Sequence record: NC_048170.1
From: Escherichia phage vB_EcoM_Goslar
Direction: 5' to 3' (one strand)
Length of the DNA: 64,000 bases
A program made the position numbers and the translations under genes. How positions within the stretch are numbered: position 1 is the first letter of the stretch; each line of letters starts with the position of its first letter. Under the pieces are notes generated by a model that was not told the origin of the DNA, ran no database searches, and saw nothing but the letters and a program-made list of their open reading frames with translations. Shown here one piece after another: positions 26,835 through 34,911 of the stretch.

Positions 26835-28495
26835 GCGAACAAGAAAAAGAAGTCGTGACGAATCAGGAAGCCACCGAACGTTCAGAGTCGTCCGTTGAAA
26901 CTACGATTCCGGCAAGTTCCGAGCCGGTTGGTTCCGCACAGCAGGAAAGTAAAGAAGATGTAGTGGCTCCAGAAGCAACCCGTGAAGAAGAACCATCACA
27001 TCCACCGCTAATCGATTTCTCGAAGGCGACGATACGTTTCCAATGCGAAGACATTCGTCCTAAGAGTCCGAAGAAAACAAAACGTCAGCCGTTGGTGTTA
27101 CCGCTGTATTCTCCGCGTGTACAGACAGCGTATTACCGGGAATACATCAACGAAGCAATGGATACCGTACAAGCCATTGTCGCTCAACGCGGTAAACCGA
27201 CAGACGAACAGTTTGATAAATTCAGTAAAGCGGTGGTGCAATCGGTTGCTGATGGACAATATCATCCGCGTGGTCCAGCTCACGATCGTGCGTTGGAACG
27301 TAAGGGCAGTCAGTGGACTAACGTGCCCGTAGACTCATCGGGTGTTGGTCGCGTTATTCCTGGCATCCCGCAACCGAACCATATTCCTGATGATGTCGAA
27401 GCGCCGCTGACAGGAACCGATGCGATCTATTTTGCCATCCGTAATACGAAATCAGGTGCGCCTGCGGTAATGCCGTTATGGCATAGCGGTATTAAGCTGC
27501 AGTTTAATCCGCCGTCAAATGAACGTGTCGCAATTATGCACGAACGTATTGCCCGCGATAAAATCCTGGGTGGACGTGATAGTACCGGTTTCCTGTTTTC
27601 GGCAACCTCGATTATCACCATGAAGCACGCAATCGAATTAGCATTAGAATGCTGCTACATGGCCAACGTACCTAACCTGGATATCCAGCGTTTGAAAGAC
27701 ATTATTCCGGTTACCGATGTTCCAGCGTTATTGTTGAACGTGCTGGTAACCATGTATCCGTACGGATATCCTTACGTACAGACCTGCTATCAGAATCCAG
27801 AAACCTGCGACTATCGTGTTGAAGATACCGTAAGCTTTGCGAAACTCTATCAAGTTGACAACAGCGCAATAACCAAACGTATGCGACAGATCATGACCGA
27901 AGGTCCGGTCATGACAGATGAACTTTTGCGTGAGTATGCAAACGAACTGGGTGAAACAAACTCCCGTACGTTGGATCTGTCCGACAACGGTTCTGTTATC
28001 ATTGAACTTGAAGTACCGAAGATTTCACGTCAGATCGCCATGGGCGAACGCTGGTTAAGCGATACCCTGGAAGATCTGCGTGATATTCTATCGCGTCCGT
28101 CAATGACCGAAGAAGAGCGTGATCGTGTTATTCGTGAACGTCAGTTCTATAGCTGGATGCGTCAGTATGATGCATGGATCAAATCCATGCACGTGTCAGT
28201 AAACGGCACCATGCGTCGTGTAAGCGATGCGGATACAGCAACGGTATTAGCGCAGCTGTCTCGTGATAGCGATCTTCGTGAACGCTATATCGATGGGTTG
28301 ATGCAATTCATCGGTGATTCGACGATTGCGCTCGCAGCGATGCCTGCCTGGAAATGTCCGAAATGTAATACCGATATTGCCGACAATCTGCGTGACCAGA
28401 AATACTACGATCTGATTGCTTTGGATGTACCCCAGCTTTTTTTTACCCTAAACTCCGTCCAATCTCTTCAGGAGGGGATGGACGCGGTATTCTAA
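26831..28495 (+). CDS. Hypothetical protein (554 aa) with acidic low-complexity N-terminus
   Basis: ORF track; AAGGAG RBS; ATGA overlap with upstream gene. Confidence 0.85.
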   Translation: MSEQEKEVVTNQEATERSESSVETTIPASSEPVGSAQQESKEDVVAPEATREEEPSHPPLIDFSKATIRFQCEDIRPKSPKKTKRQPLVLPLYSPRVQTAYYREYINEAMDTVQAIVAQRGKPTDEQFDKFSKAVVQSVADGQYHPRGPAHDRALERKGSQWTNVPVDSSGVGRVIPGIPQPNHIPDDVEAPLTGTDAIYFAIRNTKSGAPAVMPLWHSGIKLQFNPPSNERVAIMHERIARDKILGGRDSTGFLFSATSIITMKHAIELALECCYMANVPNLDIQRLKDIIPVTDVPALLLNVLVTMYPYGYPYVQTCYQNPETCDYRVEDTVSFAKLYQVDNSAITKRMRQIMTEGPVMTDELLREYANELGETNSRTLDLSDNGSVIIELEVPKISRQIAMGERWLSDTLEDLRDILSRPSMTEEERDRVIRERQFYSWMRQYDAWIKSMHVSVNGTMRRVSDADTATVLAQLSRDSDLRERYIDGLMQFIGDSTIALAAMPAWKCPKCNTDIADNLRDQKYYDLIALDVPQLFFTLNSVQSLQEGMDAVF

Positions 28496-28587
28496 TCGAT
28501 CCGCGATACGGGTTACACGACGGGCAACTTGTTCGTAATGATGAAAAAATCTGGGAATTGCTGTTAGCGCGTAAAGGCGATGGTGGC

Positions 28588-28917
28588 ATGAAGCTGAACA
28601 TCGAAATGGGTATTGCGTACGATACCATGTTTGGCTTGTACGATCGTGTTAACGACTGGACGCCGTTGAAATGGGTGGCTCAGCATCCCGCTGAAGATCC
28701 CTGGGACAGATTAGGGATTAAACCCTTAATCGAGGATTATGTCCGATTCGGTATTAAAGAGTTCATGACGCTGGATGCGTTTTTAAAAGCACCGTATCCT
28801 TACGCGCAAACGGTACTCAAAATCGCACAAGACGAACTGCGGAAACGTAGTGCGGTACTGGACGACGATGAGGACAAGTTACGACGAGAAGAAGAACGTT
28901 TACGAAACGGAAAATAA
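28588..28917 (+). CDS. Hypothetical protein (~110 aa; start uncertain)
   Basis: ORF track 28558..28917; track start is probably over-extended. Confidence 0.6.
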   Translation: MKLNIEMGIAYDTMFGLYDRVNDWTPLKWVAQHPAEDPWDRLGIKPLIEDYVRFGIKEFMTLDAFLKAPYPYAQTVLKIAQDELRKRSAVLDDDEDKLRREEERLRNGK

Positions 28918-28918
28918 A

Positions 28919-29428
28919 ATGGCGAGATTTACCAGTTTGATTGGATTGGACATTTGGGAAACACCGGCTGACGTTCGGGTTATTCCTGTCAACACCGTCG
29001 GTGTGATGGGACGTGGTCTTGCCAAGCAGGCTGCCGAGCGCGTGCCCGGTCTTCTTGAAGCGTACCGCAAGCAATGTCGAGATGGGTTTACGGTGGGTGA
29101 AGTCGTGTCATATCAGCATGGCGAGAACGATCAGCTCACCTACGTGTTGTTTCCATCAAAATCGGATTGGCGTGAAAGAACACGACGCGAGTATATCGTT
29201 AACGGTTTACTGGCGTTAAAAGCATGGTTATTGGAGCTTCAGTTCGAAAGAGACGGCTTCTCATACCACCGTCCGGCTGAACCGTTGATTGTCGCAATTC
29301 CTCCGGTTGGTTCTGGTTGCGGTAATATCGGTTACGGACAATCCGAAACAATCCAGCCTCAGTGGGTACGCGCACAAATCAAACAGTATCTTGCCACCGT
29401 ACCGAACGTTCATTTCTACTTGTTCTAA
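28919..29428 (+). CDS. Putative macro-domain (ADP-ribose binding/hydrolase) protein
   Basis: VIPVNTVGVMGRGLAKQ and AIPPVGSGCGNIGYG resemble the two glycine-rich macro-domain motifs; start at internal ATG (MARFTSL), track start 28850. Confidence 0.5.
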   Translation: MARFTSLIGLDIWETPADVRVIPVNTVGVMGRGLAKQAAERVPGLLEAYRKQCRDGFTVGEVVSYQHGENDQLTYVLFPSKSDWRERTRREYIVNGLLALKAWLLELQFERDGFSYHRPAEPLIVAIPPVGSGCGNIGYGQSETIQPQWVRAQIKQYLATVPNVHFYLF

Positions 29429-29439
29429 TGCAACGGTAA

Positions 29440-29485
29440 CATAACCCTCTCCCAACCCAGCAGGGAAGGGAGAGGGCTTATGCTG
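29440..29485. terminator. Bidirectional stem-loop between convergent genes (CCCTCTCCC / GGGAGAGGG), same family as 7984..8030
   Basis: Inverted repeat; same AACCC...AGGGAA loop and ATGCTGTTAT flank as the 7984 element. Confidence 0.6.
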
Positions 29486-29493
29486 TTATGCTA

Positions 29494-29868
29494 TTAATGT
29501 TCGTTCCAGATGGCATCTTCCGGTGGAACAATAGGATCTTTCCTTGGCATTGACGGCACTTCATGACGATGCTTACGGAACTGCCTATCAATAACCTCAC
29601 GAAGCCGGTACGCGTCAACCCATGTTGATTTATTGAACAGCTCCAATGTCACAGTTAATCGTGTTCTTGACATTGAATAGCTTTTCTTTGCAATCAAATT
29701 GGGATAATTCAGTTGAGCGAACCATGCACGTATTTGTGCTTCGGTAAAAGCGATGCTGTAATAACTAAGTTTACCGTCATTAAAATCGTGCGCGTGGGTG
29801 TAGCGTCCAGCGTAACGCCAGACAAGATGCACATTCAGATCGATCCATGGTGGGGTGGTATCAGCCAT
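29494..29868 (-). CDS. Hypothetical protein (124 aa)
   Basis: ORF track. Confidence 0.7.
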   Translation of the reverse strand: MADTTPPWIDLNVHLVWRYAGRYTHAHDFNDGKLSYYSIAFTEAQIRAWFAQLNYPNLIAKKSYSMSRTRLTVTLELFNKSTWVDAYRLREVIDRQFRKHRHEVPSMPRKDPIVPPEDAIWNEH

Positions 29869-29877
29869 GTGTTACCC

Positions 29878-30447
29878 TCAACGATTCTTCATCACTTTAC
29901 CCAGGCTTTCGATATTATCCCAAAAGCGATTTTTACTTGGTGCATCGCCAACGATGACCGACATCAAATCGCGACGTTCACGACTGATGATGCCTTGTGA
30001 TTTCCAGATCACCATCGTCCAGCAAGCTGCCAGAACGAACAGATGGTTAATGCTCGGTTTGGTTTGTGCGATGAACGCAAGCCATGCCCAGATACCGGTA
30101 TATACTATCGTCACTAAAAAGAGGGAGATTGTTGCAACGACAACAACGAAGTTTTGGACAGCGGGTTGATTCGCGTTATCATGAATAGCGGTAAGATCAG
30201 GAAGGTTACCTTCAACTGAACTCGTTTCATCGATTTCCAATTCTTCGATTTCTTTTCGTGTGTCGGGAGCTAATCCGGCATCATCAAGATGCTTTTTTAA
30301 CCGCTGTATACTTAATCGTTGACCGACAGGAATGTTGATGTTGTCGTAACTATTAAGCGCATCAACCAGGGAGCGTCCATCAACGAGAACCAAGCTCGCA
30401 GTACCCATTGTCTGCGGTTTTATTTTGTAAAGGTCTTTTACTTTCAT
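29878..30447 (-). CDS. Hypothetical membrane protein (189 aa)
   Basis: ORF track; long hydrophobic segments (VVVATISLFLVTIVYTGIWAWLAFIA). Confidence 0.7.
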   Translation of the reverse strand: MKVKDLYKIKPQTMGTASLVLVDGRSLVDALNSYDNINIPVGQRLSIQRLKKHLDDAGLAPDTRKEIEELEIDETSSVEGNLPDLTAIHDNANQPAVQNFVVVVATISLFLVTIVYTGIWAWLAFIAQTKPSINHLFVLAACWTMVIWKSQGIISRERRDLMSVIVGDAPSKNRFWDNIESLGKVMKNR

Positions 30448-30468
30448 GTAGACACCACCTCCAACGTG

Positions 30469-33081
30469 TTAAGCGTCTGGTGTAAAATCAAAAGGAATGT
30501 CCGTACGAATGATATCATAACGTTTTCCTAATAAATAGAACTCTTCGGGAACCTGGCCGGGAATAATGCTATCGCCGATGAACTGCGGATACGCCCAGAT
30601 GTACTGAGTGAGTCCTTCGAACATATCCAGGTTATTTGCGTGGTTACCCATGATACGTTTCCAGAGTTCGCGTTTATACGGTGTTTTAACATCGAATCCA
30701 TAAAGCGGTGCAAGATCTTCACCAGGAACAAATCCCAGGTAATAATGGATCTGACTAACCGGGAAACCAAGCGTATCTCGCGGAATGGTGATCGCTTGCT
30801 CAGCCTTGGTGACATGCGTTTCAATAATCCAGTCGTAGCACTCCGAATAGAACCGATCGAATTTCTCTGGGTTATACCACGCTTTGGGAAGATTCAGTTT
30901 CTCCGTGAACGCGTTCGACATGATCGTCGGCAAGAACGGAAGAACGCCGGTTTTGATCTGCGTGTATTTCGATTTTACCCGGTTAACCAAATTCCAGCAA
31001 CTGTATCCTAATTGGTCGTTACAAAACTCAACGTAGAGATCGTAGTCACCACCGGATAACGGGTTGTTAATATCACCGATGTCTGCGGCGTATTTGTTGG
31101 GATATCGGTTATTGAAAGCCAGTTTGGTTTGGTAATCGTAGATACACGGTTTGTTGTTCGCTGTATTGATCCACCACCAGGGTTCACCTACTTGTACACA
31201 AATGTCCTGGACATGGGGGTAGATGATATCAGCAAACGCGGTTAACACATCCCCTAACCACGCCATCGCCTGTTGGTTACATGGAGACAGCAACCAGGAC
31301 GGTGGTGTATATCCGGTTGCTGCGATGTTTCCTTCCCAATCCTGCTGCGCCCACTCGAATGGACACGCCGTACTCATCAATTCGTAACTTAAACTGATGG
31401 TGACAGAGAAATGGTGTTTTGCAGCATATGCGGCGAAAGCTTCATGCCACGCGATACAGGGTGGATTTAATACATCCGTGGTGTTCACCAGTAACTTACC
31501 CGCACTTGGCGTCCAGACAGTATCGTAGAAATGCGACATTCCAACATAATGCACTAATTCATCCTGATATCCCGCATAAACCAGGTTTTCAAATACACGC
31601 TCTGGCGTGATGTTGTAATGGTCATCGTAAGCGGTTATCGCACGAAGTTCGTGTGGCGTACAATGATGGCGATTAACCGTCATTTCCTGATACACCCCAT
31701 CGATAGGAAGAATCTCGAGGGTTAAACCGAGGTCGATTGGCGTTTCCAGATAGGTCGTTTCAGTCGCATCTTCCTTATAATGTCGAGAACTCATGCTGAA
31801 CATCAACGACGTTACCGATTCAAGTTCGATAGGTTCGTCAGCATAGAACCCCGCCATTGCGTCATTGAAATCGATCGTCACGATTGCGCTTGTACCGTCT
31901 TCAGAGACGTCGGTCGCATATCGGGTTAATGAGATATACTGACGGCTATCGTCTTTGTGTACGATGGTTAGAACCGGCGGGTTTTCGGTATCTGCAAAGT
32001 TACGCTGATCGCCAGTAAACGTGATCTTCGCTTTAAAGATCAAACCGAATAACGACGTCATGGGATCATACGCAATACAACCGTGATCCAGCGTATCCGT
32101 TGTCCGCCATTCTATCCCGACCAACCCGTTAGCGGTATGGCATCGCATATACGCATTAAGGACCATGTCTTCACTGACAACCGCGAAGTTCTCTGTTGAC
32201 TGACCGTTGATAATCCAATACATCGGTTGCCAGAGGTTACGCGTACCTTTTGCGTAGCGGTAGGTTGGTGCGCCTTTAGGGTTGCCATTATTGAGATGGA
32301 ATACGGCAGTACCTTGATAATGGTCGTTCGTATTAATCGGAACACTGTAAGCATCACCGAGATCCGTACGTTCCACCTTCGTGACTGTTGCGTTTTCAAA
32401 CAACCCACGTAGCGCCGGTAAACCGATATCTTCAGGTGCGTTTTCTCGACGAATCGCATCCGCGATGCGGTGGGCTAAGGCGGGGTAAATGGCCTCACCC
32501 TGCTGTAGGTTTGCAAGACCTACAAAGCGATCGGGGTCGATGCCAGCAATCAATAACTCGACATCACCCTTCGTTCTATCGTCGTTAAGATATTTCAGTC
32601 CGGTAAGGTCAAGATGCTGAATAAGCGACAACAGGTTGTATTTACGGTTTTCAACAGTTAGTACAAGATCGCCTGCCCAAACCAAACTTCCCTCATCCGC
32701 TGTTACTTTAACGGATTGTCGGCCTGTGGTAGACGTTGTTGTCGTTTTATTTAATTGTCCTTGTAGGAAGTCGGTTGCGAGGTCAAAGGCAATGCCGTAA
32801 CGGTCAGCGACCGCTTGCATGATTTCACGTAACTGGGTATCTTCTTCAATGATAATCTTGATAGGTATTCCCAAGAACGCTTTAGCGAGGTCTCGTTTAA
32901 CCAACGAGACGAATACGGATTTGTAGTATCGGCTTCCATCTTTCCCTTTAAAAAGAATGGAGGTTGTTTCGGGTGCCGATAGAACACGTGCAAATTCAAC
33001 ATCGTCGAATGTAAGAGAAAGTCCGTTTTTCTCGTTGACCAATCTTAGTATTTCATTTTGCGCGGTTTCATGTAACTTCAT
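30469..33081 (-). CDS. Putative tail fiber / receptor-binding protein (870 aa) with N-terminal domain shared with 38868..39413 and 43211..44041
   Basis: N-terminal similarity (RDLAKAFLGIPIKIIIE versus RDIAKAFLGIPVKIVLE); Trp/Tyr/Gly-rich C-terminal part; position in the fiber locus. Confidence 0.55.
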   Translation of the reverse strand: MKLHETAQNEILRLVNEKNGLSLTFDDVEFARVLSAPETTSILFKGKDGSRYYKSVFVSLVKRDLAKAFLGIPIKIIIEEDTQLREIMQAVADRYGIAFDLATDFLQGQLNKTTTTSTTGRQSVKVTADEGSLVWAGDLVLTVENRKYNLLSLIQHLDLTGLKYLNDDRTKGDVELLIAGIDPDRFVGLANLQQGEAIYPALAHRIADAIRRENAPEDIGLPALRGLFENATVTKVERTDLGDAYSVPINTNDHYQGTAVFHLNNGNPKGAPTYRYAKGTRNLWQPMYWIINGQSTENFAVVSEDMVLNAYMRCHTANGLVGIEWRTTDTLDHGCIAYDPMTSLFGLIFKAKITFTGDQRNFADTENPPVLTIVHKDDSRQYISLTRYATDVSEDGTSAIVTIDFNDAMAGFYADEPIELESVTSLMFSMSSRHYKEDATETTYLETPIDLGLTLEILPIDGVYQEMTVNRHHCTPHELRAITAYDDHYNITPERVFENLVYAGYQDELVHYVGMSHFYDTVWTPSAGKLLVNTTDVLNPPCIAWHEAFAAYAAKHHFSVTISLSYELMSTACPFEWAQQDWEGNIAATGYTPPSWLLSPCNQQAMAWLGDVLTAFADIIYPHVQDICVQVGEPWWWINTANNKPCIYDYQTKLAFNNRYPNKYAADIGDINNPLSGGDYDLYVEFCNDQLGYSCWNLVNRVKSKYTQIKTGVLPFLPTIMSNAFTEKLNLPKAWYNPEKFDRFYSECYDWIIETHVTKAEQAITIPRDTLGFPVSQIHYYLGFVPGEDLAPLYGFDVKTPYKRELWKRIMGNHANNLDMFEGLTQYIWAYPQFIGDSIIPGQVPEEFYLLGKRYDIIRTDIPFDFTPDA

Positions 33082-33103
33082 TAAAAACCTCTGCCCTTTA
33101 GAA

Positions 33104-33745
33104 TTAGATGTACTGCTTACCGCCCACGAAGGAAGTTAACCAGTTACCCGAAACAAGCTGCGAAGCCCAGCCAGGCACTGCCCTACCGTTCTGACTCATG
33201 ATGTTACCACACCAACCAGGGAATCCGGGACGGATGTAATAGAAAGTTAAATTGTAGAGATGGCAATTCCATACCGCAACGTTATGTTTACCAGAAACCG
33301 CTTTAAAGATAAATGCGACAGGTAACGGAGACGATAACAATTCGGTCACAGGGACGGCTGACCAGTTCGCATTCGCGTTCCATGGCTGCCAGGTATGGCT
33401 ACGCGAGTCACCGTTGACGTTACCGTTGCTACCGCGTCCGCCCGCGTTCCACCATAGCGACGGACTCATGTTCTTAAGTGAGGTAAATTGCTGCGGTGGA
33501 ATATTCGGAATGATAACAGGGTTGGTACCTTGTCCGTGTTTCTTTTCTTTTGCGTTCACATAGCCGTTTATCGATTCCAGGTATTTGACACCAGGATAAT
33601 TGTTCTGGACTTGTGTCGCAATATCACGAACGTCGAACGTCCAGCAGATCATGGTGTTGTAGTAAGCGTCGGTGTTATCGTGCCATGAGTTACCATCTTG
33701 TAAACGTGCGCCACTATTCGGTGTTTTATCTGTACTTATAGCCAT
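33104..33745 (-). CDS. Hypothetical protein (213 aa), Trp/Asn/Gly-rich; possible fiber-tip accessory protein
   Basis: ORF track; composition; position between fiber genes. Confidence 0.6.
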   Translation of the reverse strand: MAISTDKTPNSGARLQDGNSWHDNTDAYYNTMICWTFDVRDIATQVQNNYPGVKYLESINGYVNAKEKKHGQGTNPVIIPNIPPQQFTSLKNMSPSLWWNAGGRGSNGNVNGDSRSHTWQPWNANANWSAVPVTELLSSPLPVAFIFKAVSGKHNVAVWNCHLYNLTFYYIRPGFPGWCGNIMSQNGRAVPGWASQLVSGNWLTSFVGGKQYI

Positions 33746-33883
33746 GGTCTTGTCCTATATGTTGGTGGTTGAGGTGGCGGATATCGGATGCGTGCTGGAC
33801 GTGAACCCTATAGTTCGCGCTATCGCCATTTTCTACCTCGTTTCTATTCTCAAAAAGGAAATTTCATACGATGACGCCATAGC

Positions 33884-33913
33884 AGCTCCTCCTTCCCTGA
33901 CGGGTTGGAGGAG
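33884..33913 (-). terminator. Stem-loop (GCTCCTCC / GGAGGAGC) downstream of the lipoprotein gene
   Basis: Inverted repeat followed on the minus strand by a T-rich tract. Confidence 0.5.
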
Positions 33914-33922
33914 CATACTTAA

Positions 33923-34426
33923 TTACTTACTGATAACCTCAACGGAATTGGGATCAGCGATCAACGCACGATCGGTAGAACAATTGAAGAAGACCATGCC
34001 AACACCATCGCCGTTCGAGTTCAGGGTTGAACTTGCGTAAGACAATGTTGGTTTATTCATGCGGTAGAAGCGTTCGCTGGTTGCGGTATTGAACCCCAGA
34101 TCAACGTAGTCTTTCACCGTGGTATACAACTGGGTGGACTCGAAAACGGTTACCGGAGAGTCGACGGTAAACTGACTACCTTCATCCACAACCAGAACTT
34201 TATCGTTCCAGATTTCAGTGGTTGAAAACTTCGGTTTCCAATGTTCGAATTCCTGGGTTGCGCCCCAGCAGGAATACACAGCGAGATTGCTGTTCTTCTC
34301 AACAGGTTTCAACCCCACCAGTTGTGTCAGGTCTTTATCCAGGTTCGGTAAGCCTTCCAGCGTAGCGCACCCACCCAGAGAAAGCACCATCAACATACCA
34401 AGAATAATCGCGCAAAGTTTCTTCAT
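33923..34426 (-). CDS. Putative lipoprotein (167 aa)
   Basis: N-terminal signal peptide with lipobox (MKKLCAIILGMLMVLSLGGC). Confidence 0.7.
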   Translation of the reverse strand: MKKLCAIILGMLMVLSLGGCATLEGLPNLDKDLTQLVGLKPVEKNSNLAVYSCWGATQEFEHWKPKFSTTEIWNDKVLVVDEGSQFTVDSPVTVFESTQLYTTVKDYVDLGFNTATSERFYRMNKPTLSYASSTLNSNGDGVGMVFFNCSTDRALIADPNSVEVISK

Positions 34427-34470
34427 CGTCGGATTTCCTTATGTGTTAACGGAAGTGATTTCCATAGTAA

Positions 34471-34911
34471 TTACTTAGCAGCAGGAAATTCCGGCCAATC
34501 GATATTTGGTGCAGCATCGGTATCGACAGCCGACACCGCGTCAACGTAATCCAAAACGGCGTTAAGTCGGGTCGTTTCTTCCGGAGTCAGTTTTCGCCCA
34601 GCCCGTAATTTTAACTGAATAAGATCGATGGAAGCCAGCGAAGAATCAATCAAAGATTGTTTTATCTGTTCTGCCTCGGCGACAAGTTCTTCGTGTTGCC
34701 GCTCGGGTTCCGGAGGCGCGATAAACTCGCCGTTTGAGTATAACCAACCTATTCCAGGTGACACAGCTGCCGTATCGCTAATGCTAACCAGCTGCTGATT
34801 GTCGAATATATCGAGCTCTGCTTCACCATCGTAAACAATCGTGTTTACTACCACTCCATTTTCAATAACAGCGTATAATGTACTCATTACATAAACTCCT
34901 CGATGATGCAA
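34471..34911 (-). CDS. Tail fiber assembly chaperone (Tfa-like)
   Basis: C-terminal VSAVDTDAAPNIDWPEFP closely matches the lambda Tfa C-terminus (LNRVDTSTAPDIEWPAVP); 25-nt overlap with the tail fiber gene. Confidence 0.8.
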   Translation of the reverse strand: MHHRGVYVMSTLYAVIENGVVVNTIVYDGEAELDIFDNQQLVSISDTAAVSPGIGWLYSNGEFIAPPEPERQHEELVAEAEQIKQSLIDSSLASIDLIQLKLRAGRKLTPEETTRLNAVLDYVDAVSAVDTDAAPNIDWPEFPAAK

